From a virus (lineage: Duplodnaviria > Caudoviricetes), in IMG/VR virus record IMGVR_UViG_3300037067_020597, positions 10,963 through 74,962 of that record: a DNA stretch of 64,000 nucleotides. One strand, given 5' to 3'. Both the position numbers and the translations under genes were made by a program. Under the pieces are notes generated by a model. The model ran no database searches and had not been told where the DNA came from. It saw only the letters and a list, made by a program, of their open reading frames with translations. Position 1 is the first letter of the stretch. The number at the start of each line of letters is the position of its first letter. Positions 47,156-57,576 of the stretch are shown piece by piece.

Positions 47156-50077
47156 ATGGGATTGACAGCCACAAGTCAAATTACTCAGCAAACAACACCA
47201 GAAGCGGTTCAGGAATTTCCTATATCATTTGATAATAGATATATGGTTACTGGGTTTGTAAACGCAAGCCTAATACCTGGTACGCCTTTCGTTAATATGT
47301 GGGGCAATGTTACTCTTGCTGGTTTGTTGTCAACTGATAATAAAGGTGTCATTACTAGAGTTGATAGACAATATCAAAGCTTGAACCAAGATAATGTATC
47401 TCTTGCTTACGATGAAGAGACGATGAATTCGGTATTGGCACTGCTACGGATTTGTCGATGGCCCAACATTTCACATTATATAGCATTCTTAGACGATGCT
47501 AATACACTTTATCCTTGTGCAATAACATATCTAGAAACAAATCAATGGGTTTCGCAACCTATAAACATCGATATCGACCACACAATTTTCACTACGCAAT
47601 ATGCAGTGTGGCATACTCATCAGCTAGAATATTTTGGTCTTGATTTGCCGCAGAACGGTGAAGTATGGAGTGGGGGACTGGTCCTTGGCTCATCCGATAG
47701 TATGATGAACTTGGGAGAGTATCGCACTTACGATGTGATGTTTGGCAATCAAGATGTTTTTAGTCCTACATATATTGAGAAACTAACTGTTACTTTGCCG
47801 GTTCCAGGATACCAATATTTGCGTGCAGCGGGTTACAAGACTCCATTTATTCGAGCAGATCTGCCATATACGCTCGAATGGTTTAACGATTCTCCGGATG
47901 TCGCTGCAACAGAATTATATTGTCGTGACTTATGTTGTGCAGGATGTGACGGAGATTACTATGGCAGTTTTGCGCCATCGGGATCGATTAGAGTAGATGG
48001 ACATCCTATTGGTACGCAGAGGTTATGGCTGATAAAGGGCATAAATGCTTTTGGCACAACTATTACACAAATGTGGTTTAGCGCTGTAGCAACATGCCCC
48101 AGGAGATTGACGTATTTCGGTGACTTTATAGAAGATTGTAAACTGCCACCATCTCCTATTCCGCCACCACCGACACCGACTCCGCTGCCACCGCCACCAT
48201 CACCTTCATTCAGCCCGTCACCTTCGCCTTCGTTGTCACTATCGTCATGGCAGTCTGCGTCTTTATCGCCATCACCATCACCATCTGTTTCGCCGTCGCC
48301 GTCTGTTTCGTCTTGGGCATCTCCTTCGGCATCGCCATCATTGTTGTCGCCATCGACGAGTTTGTCGCCGTCTCCTAGCATCTCATCATCACCAGCAACT
48401 TCAGCATCGCTTTCACTCTCTCCGTCATTATCTGTATCGCAGTCGCCTTCAACTTCGATATCGCTATCTCCTACGCCTTCTATATCACTGTCGCCTTCGC
48501 CATCATTGTCATTGTCTGGATCACCCTCACCCTCACCTTCACCATCGGCTGATGTCAGCCATTATGATTGGTACTCAAGAGTGGCCGATGCTTTCGACGG
48601 TCGTTTTGTTATCACTTGGGTGCGTTACAGTCAATCACCATCAGATAGAAAGCAGTATCAATATAACCCGATTGTCATGGCACAGGTATTTAATGCTGAC
48701 AATACGCCAATGACGGGGCAGTTTATTGTGCCGTCATATACCGATAAAACAAGTATTTGTCCAGATGTAGCGATGAATTGGGATGGATCATTTATTATTA
48801 CCTGGTGTGGTCCAGATGTTGATTATGGTGTCGGTGTTCAAGCACGTAGGTTTGATTCGTCTGGTAATCCAATAGGAGATCAGTTTAGAGTAAATGCATT
48901 GGCTGACGCCAGTTACGAGACACCAGCTATTGCTATAAGGCAAGGTATATCAGATGGCAGTTTTATGATTGTGTGGGCCGAGTATTGGAACACTGGTCAA
49001 CGTGAGATTTATGGTCAGAGGTTTAATTCTTCTGGTGCTAAAGTTGGTACAACTAACCTCAGAATAAGCACGACATCTGGATATTATAAAGAAAATCCAG
49101 ATGTCGACATGGCTGATAATGGCAATATGTTTGTTGTATGGGAAGGCGCGAAGGTTGACGTTCCTAACATATGGGGGCAGCGATTAAATAGTACTGGTGG
49201 TTTAGTTGGTGGTGAGTTTCAGGTCAACACTAGCTCGACTACGATGCTCAGTGAAGACCTGAATCCAAGAGTTTCTGTTGCGGCGAATGGCTTAACCGTT
49301 GTGTCTTATCAGTTATTTGCTGCTGGAGATGCTCCTCAGTTTAATGTTTATGCACGCAGATACAACGCTTCCGGAGTTGCACAAGGCAACAACTTCAGAG
49401 TTAACCAATATACGGGTAGTGGTTGGCGTCGATGGTCGGAACCAGCCTGTGACCGTGATGGCAATTTTTCTATCTGCTGGCATTCACTAGGTCAAGACGA
49501 TCCGATAACGACTGATTATGGCATTATGGGGCGATCTTATAATGCCGCTGGTACTGCAGTGACGAATGAATATTGTATAAATAACTACCAATTAGAACAT
49601 CGCGGCATTGATTACCAGATGTATCCTGCTATGACACGACGATGTGGTAGTGGCCAATGGGTATGCTCTTGGAATGGATATCAAGGAATTGCACCATCAG
49701 GTGGCACCTTAGGCATATGGCATTCGCAAGTTAAAGATGTTGGTGATATCAGAAGGCAACCGTTGCCAGGATTATGGTGGGCTATGAATGCACCACTTTC
49801 TGGAACTTATAATGTGGGTTCAAATATTACCATTTCTTGGACTGCTACTGGCGTTCAGCCTGGATACACTGTATGTCTGTGCTATGCATCGCAGCCTAAC
49901 TTGTCTGGCGAGGAGCATTGGATTACAGTTGGTGAAATCCAAGCTATTAACGAAATTGCAACTTGGACTTGGAACACCACTGGTGCTACTCCTGGTACAT
50001 GGTATATCGGTGGCTATATTTGGAACGGTAGTGCTCCTACCTATGCGTTTGCTACAACATCATTTATTTTGCAGTAG
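47156..50077 (+). CDS. Large virion surface protein with a Ser/Pro linker, ~6 propeller-like repeats and a C-terminal Ig-like domain
   Basis: SPSPS tract at ~48145-48550; recurring F.VN....P.VA....G.F...W.......QRF...G repeats. Confidence 0.65.
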   Translation: MGLTATSQITQQTTPEAVQEFPISFDNRYMVTGFVNASLIPGTPFVNMWGNVTLAGLLSTDNKGVITRVDRQYQSLNQDNVSLAYDEETMNSVLALLRICRWPNISHYIAFLDDANTLYPCAITYLETNQWVSQPINIDIDHTIFTTQYAVWHTHQLEYFGLDLPQNGEVWSGGLVLGSSDSMMNLGEYRTYDVMFGNQDVFSPTYIEKLTVTLPVPGYQYLRAAGYKTPFIRADLPYTLEWFNDSPDVAATELYCRDLCCAGCDGDYYGSFAPSGSIRVDGHPIGTQRLWLIKGINAFGTTITQMWFSAVATCPRRLTYFGDFIEDCKLPPSPIPPPPTPTPLPPPPSPSFSPSPSPSLSLSSWQSASLSPSPSPSVSPSPSVSSWASPSASPSLLSPSTSLSPSPSISSSPATSASLSLSPSLSVSQSPSTSISLSPTPSISLSPSPSLSLSGSPSPSPSPSADVSHYDWYSRVADAFDGRFVITWVRYSQSPSDRKQYQYNPIVMAQVFNADNTPMTGQFIVPSYTDKTSICPDVAMNWDGSFIITWCGPDVDYGVGVQARRFDSSGNPIGDQFRVNALADASYETPAIAIRQGISDGSFMIVWAEYWNTGQREIYGQRFNSSGAKVGTTNLRISTTSGYYKENPDVDMADNGNMFVVWEGAKVDVPNIWGQRLNSTGGLVGGEFQVNTSSTTMLSEDLNPRVSVAANGLTVVSYQLFAAGDAPQFNVYARRYNASGVAQGNNFRVNQYTGSGWRRWSEPACDRDGNFSICWHSLGQDDPITTDYGIMGRSYNAAGTAVTNEYCINNYQLEHRGIDYQMYPAMTRRCGSGQWVCSWNGYQGIAPSGGTLGIWHSQVKDVGDIRRQPLPGLWWAMNAPLSGTYNVGSNITISWTATGVQPGYTVCLCYASQPNLSGEEHWITVGEIQAINEIATWTWNTTGATPGTWYIGGYIWNGSAPTYAFATTSFILQ

Positions 50078-50097
50078 CACTGAGTATTTCACTGCAC

Positions 50098-51186
50098 ATG
50101 TACATCCCCATACCGCCCGAAAAGATAACTGCCTGGGTTTATAAGAACTTTCCAGACTGCAAGCCGCGAAAAAACGGTGATGAATTACGTATCAACAATC
50201 CGTTTAATGGCGATGCTGGATATCATTTCAATATAAGTGTAATAAAGGCCAAAGCACATGATTGGCGCGGTGATGCTGATTGGGTAGGCTATAACCCTAA
50301 TACTGGCAAGCTAAACTATAGAACCTTCATACGGTTCGTTCAACAATATCTCACGCTTAAGCATGGAAGGTGCTCATTCTCTGAGGCCGTTCAAGACATT
50401 CTCGGAACGTCTTCTGGCACACGTGCGCTGTGGAAGTGGCACAAAACACGTCTAATGCCAGAGTGCAAAGAAAACGTATCTCTTGCACTTCCAGAGGGCA
50501 CTCTAGAATTCGGTAAGTCGTCTAAATTGACGTCTGGATTATTATCATGGTTGGAAAGCAGGGGAGTAGATGAGAAGAAAATCAACAAATACAAAATAAT
50601 GTATTGCGGTCTCAATGTGGTGTGGCCGTATTTTGAATATGATGAATTATGCTATTGGCAAAGTCGATCTCGTATTAATAAGATTTTTCGATTCCCGCCA
50701 GAGAGTGTTGGTGTAACCAAAGGTCAATTTCTTTATGGTTTCGATCAGATAGAACCGGCCAGTTATATCATAATTACTGAATCGATTTTCAATTGTCTGA
50801 CTCTGGAAGATCAGTGTTTAGCGACAGGCGGTGCATCACTTACAAATATACAAGTTAAGAAGATACGTTTGCTTGGGCCAAAAGATGGAATTATCCTTGC
50901 ACCCGACTATGATAAAGCTGGGATAGAGAGCGTATTACATAATGCAGCGTTGCTTCAACCCCTCAATTACAAAATTTATTATGCATTGCCGCCAGTAGTT
51001 AAGCTGCCAAATGGCGACCTTAGTAATGATTGGAACGATCTTGTAAAGGTGGCTAATGCCGCCGAGATACGAGAGGCTTTTGAGAAGAGCGTCAAACCAT
51101 TTAATGTGCAGCAGAGGCTGTATCTAGAGCACAAATTGAAGACGCTTGGAATTGCAGCATGTCCTAAGCTACTGCGGCACTTTTAG
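50098..51186 (+). CDS. DNA primase-like (TOPRIM) protein, divergent
   Basis: YWQSR, FLYGFD, IITESIFN, ILAPDYDKAG, DWND. Confidence 0.7.
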   Translation: MYIPIPPEKITAWVYKNFPDCKPRKNGDELRINNPFNGDAGYHFNISVIKAKAHDWRGDADWVGYNPNTGKLNYRTFIRFVQQYLTLKHGRCSFSEAVQDILGTSSGTRALWKWHKTRLMPECKENVSLALPEGTLEFGKSSKLTSGLLSWLESRGVDEKKINKYKIMYCGLNVVWPYFEYDELCYWQSRSRINKIFRFPPESVGVTKGQFLYGFDQIEPASYIIITESIFNCLTLEDQCLATGGASLTNIQVKKIRLLGPKDGIILAPDYDKAGIESVLHNAALLQPLNYKIYYALPPVVKLPNGDLSNDWNDLVKVANAAEIREAFEKSVKPFNVQQRLYLEHKLKTLGIAACPKLLRHF

Positions 51187-51584
51187 CGTTTTCGTAGGCT
51201 ATCAAGTGCCCATGTTCCGACGATGAGAGCAGACATCACTCTGCAGAACTTCCGAAGCATTTGCCCAATGCTGAGCAGGCTGTTGGTATCGACTTTACCA
51301 TATTCGTCCAGAGCCACGTCAAGCTCATTGGTCATTTTTATCCAGACGGGATTTCTTGTCGCTTCTAGGTGATTGAACAATTCATCGCGGGCATTAATGA
51401 TTTCAACAAGATGTGCAACCTCTTCCCTACACGCTTTTGTTCTTTGAGACGACAACGTACCCCCCTCTATCAAGCTTAGCAGACGGCCACGTTGTACGAT
51501 GTCTTTTTGCTGTCTGATGAACTGCTCTCTGAGTTCTTCGTATCCCATAATTCTGTTGCTTGCATGCTCTCTCATCATCTGCAC
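51183..51584 (-). CDS. Hypothetical protein
   Basis: 133-aa helical ORF convergent with the primase. Confidence 0.55.
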   Translation of the reverse strand: MQMMREHASNRIMGYEELREQFIRQQKDIVQRGRLLSLIEGGTLSSQRTKACREEVAHLVEIINARDELFNHLEATRNPVWIKMTNELDVALDEYGKVDTNSLLSIGQMLRKFCRVMSALIVGTWALDSLRKR

Positions 51585-51650
51585 CTCTATCTTTTTATAG
51601 CACGAGAGAATTATATCGTTAATTTAGTAGAACCGGTAAATATAATATAC

Positions 51651-51920
51651 CTATTTGGGGGTATATTCAGACAGAATTATAACCTTAGATTTGGCAAATT
51701 GCCTATAGGCGGTTTTCCATGACCTTAACTTTCGAAACCATTCCATTTTGTCACGAACTGACAGCCGTGACAAGCGTGGCAGCGCGGCTCTTATCATCGG
51801 TATCTCTGATTTATCCATTGCTTCATGCTTTAGAAGCACTAGGCGTTTGCCGTCGTCGTCCAATAAGAGGAATAGGGCTGGTTTTTTGGCGGGGTCAAAA
51901 TTGATAAAGAGGAGTTTCAT
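51651..51920 (-). CDS. Hypothetical protein
   Basis: 89-aa ORF with plausible composition; GGTGG upstream. Confidence 0.55.
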   Translation of the reverse strand: MKLLFINFDPAKKPALFLLLDDDGKRLVLLKHEAMDKSEIPMIRAALPRLSRLSVRDKMEWFRKLRSWKTAYRQFAKSKVIILSEYTPK

Positions 51921-53306
51921 GTGGCCACCAATAATAAAAGGCTTGTTAACGACGGTATCGCTAAAATAAGTACAGCCCCATCGGTTGTAGTCAAGATTAA
52001 TATACCCACTACATCAAATGAGATTTTCCCAAATTGCGGCACTAACTGTATCGAATATGAATTTACGGCAATGTTAAATGGTGGAGAGCAAGTCAGAGCC
52101 AAATTTGCCGATCCACACTTCACTATGTACAAGAATTTTATCGGCAACTCGTATTTTCACTATAGCCGTAATGAATCACTAGGTCCGGTCGATATTGAAA
52201 GTCTCATTAGATGGGGGGCAGTTAGTGAATTAAGGACTGCTACTCAATCTCATGCGTTAGTGACAATGGCACCTTCTGGAGTTACTAATACCTCTGAAAT
52301 AGAATTACTAGCAGTCGATTACCCATCTTATTTTTTAGCTGCCGGTGATGCTGGTGGCGGTAGCTATCAAGGCAATGTTGCCAGTGTTATACGGCAAGTT
52401 GTCCAGAAATATGGAAAAGGTCGATGTAACTTAGAGTTTGATGCCGATACAAGAGATAATAAATTTAATAGATGGTGGCAATTGAGAATGGACCCTAAGA
52501 CATTCATTTTGTCACTGTTGGATTGGACGACAAGCTTGTCTGATAATCAGACACGTTGGTTTTTATATCCAGATGCTAGTACGTTGATAATAAAGGAGCA
52601 GGCGTCTGTAGAATCAAAGCAGAGAGCAACCTATGAGTGGCGTGGATTTGGAGGTGGCTCAGACAAAAGACCGGGCGATATTCTAGAATGGGAGTTTATA
52701 GGTGACAATGCTTTGCAAATGTTGAATAATCAGATGGTTACTAGTGGTATGTCGTCGGTGTCAGGTGAGTACTTTGATCGATCAACACATAAGCAGAAAA
52801 TGGATGTGGTGTTTATTGGCGATGAGCAGACGCCAAATAAATATAAGCCACAGGTTGATAATACAGGCAAGATAGGCACATCGACTAGGCTATGGAGATC
52901 ATACGATAAACCCAGCGGTGATGGTGATCCATTATCAGACGTTGTTGGTTGGACAGGAATATCCTCGATCCCAGAGTTTTCGGCTGGTGATTTAGGTTTG
53001 AGGTATCGTGATTTTATTGACGGGAGAGCACGTGGTGCATATCTATCATCTTGTTCAACACTTTTGCGAATGCGCTTTCGAGTTATGGGACATCACATAT
53101 GGTCTGGGTCTGAAGGATTAGGCGCTGATACCATATATATAACCTTAACTTCATCACAAAAAGGTGCACCTCCTTATTTTGTTGCTGGCAATTGGATTGT
53201 TTATGGATTTACACATACTTATCATCCAGAATCATGGGTAACAGATCTTTATTGTTATAGGCTTGACAAAGATGCCACTGCAGTAGCTGTTGGTAAAGGA
53301 GCATAA
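51921..53306 (+). CDS. Baseplate hub / tail protein (gp27 or late-control-D-like)
   Basis: AAAGAGGAG SD 6 nt before the GTG; ends in G.W.VYGFTH; immediately precedes the tape measure gene. Confidence 0.55.
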   Translation: MATNNKRLVNDGIAKISTAPSVVVKINIPTTSNEIFPNCGTNCIEYEFTAMLNGGEQVRAKFADPHFTMYKNFIGNSYFHYSRNESLGPVDIESLIRWGAVSELRTATQSHALVTMAPSGVTNTSEIELLAVDYPSYFLAAGDAGGGSYQGNVASVIRQVVQKYGKGRCNLEFDADTRDNKFNRWWQLRMDPKTFILSLLDWTTSLSDNQTRWFLYPDASTLIIKEQASVESKQRATYEWRGFGGGSDKRPGDILEWEFIGDNALQMLNNQMVTSGMSSVSGEYFDRSTHKQKMDVVFIGDEQTPNKYKPQVDNTGKIGTSTRLWRSYDKPSGDGDPLSDVVGWTGISSIPEFSAGDLGLRYRDFIDGRARGAYLSSCSTLLRMRFRVMGHHIWSGSEGLGADTIYITLTSSQKGAPPYFVAGNWIVYGFTHTYHPESWVTDLYCYRLDKDATAVAVGKGA

Positions 53307-56300
53307 TGGCAGACGACATCAATAGCTATGCCTTGAATCTCGCATTCCAGCTCCAAGCTGCACCTGCAATATCGAGCTTAGGAGATATCTTAAGTTCTAT
53401 CACCAATATTCAAAATGGTCTGCAGAAGGTGAGTGCTATCCTGTCTGCACCGGTCACAAAATCATTGACTTACATCCAAGATCAAGTCTCAAAAATTTCA
53501 ACCTCTAGTACGGATATATCCAAAACAGCGACCCAACTTGAGACCGATCTGACAGCCATCCAGCAACATTATGAAGAGATTGATCGGTTAAACACAAACA
53601 CAGCCAAGACTGGTTTAAAATCGTTTTTGGACTTGGACAAGATTCGCAAATGGATTCCACAGCTGTTGAAAGAACAGAAATCTATATCTGATGAAGGTAA
53701 GGTACAAGCCCAATATCAAGAAGAAATAGTTGATGCCGTTAAAGCAAACCAAGCTGCTGGCGATCAATCTCTTAAACAAGGAAAAGCACAAGTTGATATT
53801 GGTAATCAGGTAGCTGCTGCTTGGCACGGTGGTAGTGGTGCCGTAGCCCAATTTGCTCATCAAGGCAGAGATTGTGCTGAATCTAGCAATCTCGTCGCTG
53901 CTGCATGGCATGGTGTCTCGAAGGGCGTAAAGGATACTGTTCTTGGCTTCGCAGAGATGTTAATTGGAATACAAGCCATTCGCTCCGCTTTGTCGCTGTT
54001 TGTCGAAGAAGAGAATAAATTTAATACCGCTAATTATCGTTTATATGGGTTACAAAAGGAGATAATAGGGCAAGTCAATAAATTGACAGTCCAATATGGG
54101 TTGATGCGCAGACCGGCAATGGAAGCCATGACGATATTAGGCGCATCCATACGCACCACCGATGAAGAATTAGGCAAACTAGTCAATACAAATGTACAAT
54201 TCTCTAAGATTTTAGGTGTGGCTCAAAAGGATTTGGCGGATTGGCAACGTGCTATGAGAAGTCTAGGTATTAGAGATGCTGAAGCAATACTTCTCAGATA
54301 TGCAACTGCGATGCGCCGTCTTGGGATGTCTGCTGAACAGCTGAATAGGATACTTAATCAGCAAGCAAAGTCAGCGGCAACTATGAAGAGCATGTTTGGC
54401 TCAGAGGGTACGACCGAATTAAACGGTTATAATGTTTCATTGACTGCTTTTGCTAATAAAATGGGCATGAGTACTGAGCAAGTTGCTCAGTTGTCAGATG
54501 GTCTTGGTAAACTATGGGCTGATCCAGACGCATTGGCGCGTATAAAAGGCATGGGCCATGCGATTGAAGAAGCATATGATACAATGGCTCCTGCTGAACA
54601 GGCTAAAGCCGACTTGCGTGCGTATGTGAAAGTGTCTGCTGAGACTTTTTCTGCAATTCAAGATCATACGATGCGGCAAATAGCTATTCGCCAACGTGCT
54701 GCTGCATTGGGTATGGATGAGCAAGCACTCATGGCTATGATTAGTTTGCAGACATTTGAAGATTCTGCAGGTAAGACTGTTGATCTGCTGCGCAAATCCA
54801 GTAAAGAGATGAGTGATTTCATTGCGGCGGAGTCTGCATATGCCAGAGATAAAGCCTTTGCTGAAGCGCTTAAAGCTGGCGAAGGGCAGGAGTTTCTATA
54901 TAGAGAAGCCACGCAATCGATATCTGATAGTTTTACTAAGATGTGGGGTAAGATAGAATCTGCATGGAGCAATTTAGCCATAGCGGTCGCACCAGCAATT
55001 ATTTGGCTTATGGATAATGTTTTGTCGCCGTTGATCGATGCACTTAGTTGGGTTTTTAATTTGTTATCCGGCAGTCTTACACCAGCTGTTGATCAGGCAA
55101 CTGCAGCGGTCGGGAAAATGAGCGAAAAGGTCGAGCCAGCAGTCGGATTTTTTGATCGGATGTGGCAGGTTTTGAAAGGTTTAGGAGGTGGCATTTTAGT
55201 ATTAGCAGGCGGCGTTATTGCGTTGGGTGTAGCATTTATTGGGCTAAGGATCGGTATTGCACTATGGAGAGCATTTATGGAGGCAACTAGTGCTCCTAAG
55301 CTGCTGGCTCTTGCCATTGCTGCTGTTGCTGTTGGTGCCGGATTTTTGATGATAGCAGCAGCTTTTGTGCGCATGGCTCAGCTTGGATGGTCCATAATCG
55401 GGCCATTGGTTGCTGTCGTAGTTGTAATTGGAGCGCTTACTGCTGCATTAATGGCTCTCGGTACATTTGGGTGGTTGGGTGTGGCCGCATCAATTGCGTT
55501 GGCTGCTGCATTTTTGGGATTGGGGTTCTCGGCGTTGATGGTGTCGTGGGCATTTGAAAATGTGGTAAGCAGCATAAGTAAGCTGGCAGATATTGGTGCT
55601 TTAAGTCTGTTGGGGATTGGTTTAGCGTTAATTGCGTTTGGTGCTGAGCTTACATTAGCAGCGGTGACAATAGGTATAGGTGCTACCGCTATGACGTTAG
55701 CTGTGATACCGTTGATAGCTGCTATGACTGGTCTGAGTATGGCCATGTTTTTACTGAGCGACAGTGCTGTAGAGAAAATGGTTAGGCTCAGTGATGGTAC
55801 AATGCAAAGATTCGGGACTGCACTTGGGTCATTAGGTCCCGGTATCATTACATTTATTGCCTCAATGGGTTATGGGATTAAATTTGCAGCAGGAATGCGA
55901 GGATTATCTTCTGGCATTAATAAGATTGATCCTACCCAGACAATGCTCGTCGGTAATTCATTAATAGCTTTTGGTAGAGCACTAGAAGCAGTATCAAGAT
56001 TTGAGGTCGGTAATCTGTCTGGCATCAGTTCATCTGTTTTGACTTTTGCAGATTCGTTAGTTATTATCTTCGATGAATTAAAAGCTGCTGTCGATCGTGC
56101 TGTTTTGAGCATGACGATAGGGTTGTTCGGCATTGCGTTTGTAATGTGGCAGTTACGCGAGAATATGACTAACGCGTTTATTGATTTATTATTTGTTATT
56201 CCTGTAATAACAGATGTCACTGATAGAATTGCAGCTGCTATTGAATCTGGACAGCATAAAATAGAAAGTCAAATAGAGACACTAAGAGCATCATTTATTG

Positions 56301-56620
56301 CACTTGAATCTATTTCCAGTAAACTAGGAGTGCCCACTAGTGTTGAGGAAGAAGATAAAAAGAAGGTCATGGCTGAGACGATTTCTACAATTCAAGTGAA
56401 GACCGAAACAACGGGGGCCGTGGTAAGTCGCTGGAAACAAGAAGAGATGCAACAAAAACAAGTCGAGTTGATGAACACTATAGCTGAGGCAGTCGATAAA
56501 ATTAGTGGTGGCGCGAATTTGGAAGATGTAGGTGCTATCAAACTATTATTACAAACATATCTTCCAAAGATGGGAGAGTCGCCATCGAAATTGAGCACAA
56601 GATTAAATAACTGGTCATAA
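53306..56620 (+). CDS. Tape measure protein
   Basis: 1104 aa, Ala-rich and helical, with a long hydrophobic Ala/Gly/Leu region; tail context. Confidence 0.85.
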   Translation: MADDINSYALNLAFQLQAAPAISSLGDILSSITNIQNGLQKVSAILSAPVTKSLTYIQDQVSKISTSSTDISKTATQLETDLTAIQQHYEEIDRLNTNTAKTGLKSFLDLDKIRKWIPQLLKEQKSISDEGKVQAQYQEEIVDAVKANQAAGDQSLKQGKAQVDIGNQVAAAWHGGSGAVAQFAHQGRDCAESSNLVAAAWHGVSKGVKDTVLGFAEMLIGIQAIRSALSLFVEEENKFNTANYRLYGLQKEIIGQVNKLTVQYGLMRRPAMEAMTILGASIRTTDEELGKLVNTNVQFSKILGVAQKDLADWQRAMRSLGIRDAEAILLRYATAMRRLGMSAEQLNRILNQQAKSAATMKSMFGSEGTTELNGYNVSLTAFANKMGMSTEQVAQLSDGLGKLWADPDALARIKGMGHAIEEAYDTMAPAEQAKADLRAYVKVSAETFSAIQDHTMRQIAIRQRAAALGMDEQALMAMISLQTFEDSAGKTVDLLRKSSKEMSDFIAAESAYARDKAFAEALKAGEGQEFLYREATQSISDSFTKMWGKIESAWSNLAIAVAPAIIWLMDNVLSPLIDALSWVFNLLSGSLTPAVDQATAAVGKMSEKVEPAVGFFDRMWQVLKGLGGGILVLAGGVIALGVAFIGLRIGIALWRAFMEATSAPKLLALAIAAVAVGAGFLMIAAAFVRMAQLGWSIIGPLVAVVVVIGALTAALMALGTFGWLGVAASIALAAAFLGLGFSALMVSWAFENVVSSISKLADIGALSLLGIGLALIAFGAELTLAAVTIGIGATAMTLAVIPLIAAMTGLSMAMFLLSDSAVEKMVRLSDGTMQRFGTALGSLGPGIITFIASMGYGIKFAAGMRGLSSGINKIDPTQTMLVGNSLIAFGRALEAVSRFEVGNLSGISSSVLTFADSLVIIFDELKAAVDRAVLSMTIGLFGIAFVMWQLRENMTNAFIDLLFVIPVITDVTDRIAAAIESGQHKIESQIETLRASFIALESISSKLGVPTSVEEEDKKKVMAETISTIQVKTETTGAVVSRWKQEEMQQKQVELMNTIAEAVDKISGGANLEDVGAIKLLLQTYLPKMGESPSKLSTRLNNWS

Positions 56621-56621
56621 C

Positions 56622-57272
56622 ATGGCAGACAATTTATTACAAATCGATGTTGAATTAGCAAATAGTGTTAAATTCACTATGGGTACTAATGTTGATAAAA
56701 GTTTATCAATATTATTTCAATTTCCCCCCAAGATTCTTACTGATAGCCGGACTGGTTCGTGGTTTGAAACTGAAATTCCAGGTGATCAGCCCATAGCTAC
56801 ATGGAAAGTATCTGGTGCTAGAAAATGGTCATTAGAATGGACTTACGTTGTAGGTGCAAATGGTTGGGATGTTAATAAAGTCAGAGAGCAGATTGTTAAT
56901 ATACGAAGTTATTGGACTGCGAGAGAGAATTTAGCGAGTAACTTCATAGTTACTTTTTCAATTTGGAAATTGGGTGGTGTTGAGGATATGACATGTCGTC
57001 TTACTAATATAGATGTCACACATGGTAAAGCGTTATATGTTCCAACCGACTCCGGCGGCTCGCCGCAATATAGAGAAGCTCATCCTGTGATAACCAATAT
57101 AAAGGCTTCTATGCAGCTTTGGACTGCTGGCGGTAGTTCTAAATTTGGAAAAGCAGCGACCGAAACAGAGAAAAAAGCAATTGCGTCAATGAATAAATTG
57201 ACTGAAAATGCAGATGACGCGAAAATGGCGTTAAATGGTCTGAAACTGACTGTACCACCTGATTGGAATTAG
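56622..57272 (+). CDS. Baseplate / tube-initiator protein (gp48/54 or CIS tube-like)
   Basis: FQFPP.I..DSR...W......G.QP...W..SG.R pattern, following the TMP. Confidence 0.6.
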   Translation: MADNLLQIDVELANSVKFTMGTNVDKSLSILFQFPPKILTDSRTGSWFETEIPGDQPIATWKVSGARKWSLEWTYVVGANGWDVNKVREQIVNIRSYWTARENLASNFIVTFSIWKLGGVEDMTCRLTNIDVTHGKALYVPTDSGGSPQYREAHPVITNIKASMQLWTAGGSSKFGKAATETEKKAIASMNKLTENADDAKMALNGLKLTVPPDWN

Positions 57273-57273
57273 G

Positions 57274-57576
57274 ATGGATATACAAGTATATTCTCGATTC
57301 GTTCAAACAGATCCAGTCGTGTTTGATGGCTGTGATACTTATGGTAGATGGAATAGCCCGCTTACACAGGCTATTTATGATAATTTATTACTGCTTGTTA
57401 TTAACGCGCGATATGCAGGTCGGCCAGATTTAATAGCGAATGAACTGTATGGAGATGATTCTCTTGACTGGGTGTTAATTACTGTAAATAATGCAACGGA
57501 CGCTCTAAACTGGCCGAACGCCGGGGATACTATAAAAGTTCCAGATCCTACAATAATGACAAGTGAATTATTATGA
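57274..57576 (+). CDS. LysM-like / gp53-like baseplate wedge protein
   Basis: GRPDLIANELYGD..L.WV....N...AGD.IKVP. Confidence 0.75.
   Translation: MDIQVYSRFVQTDPVVFDGCDTYGRWNSPLTQAIYDNLLLLVINARYAGRPDLIANELYGDDSLDWVLITVNNATDALNWPNAGDTIKVPDPTIMTSELL

Noticed and set aside
47959-48381. Gly/Asp-rich minus-strand ORF (also 30248..30481)
   Set aside because: These are antisense products of the Ser/Pro low-complexity tracts
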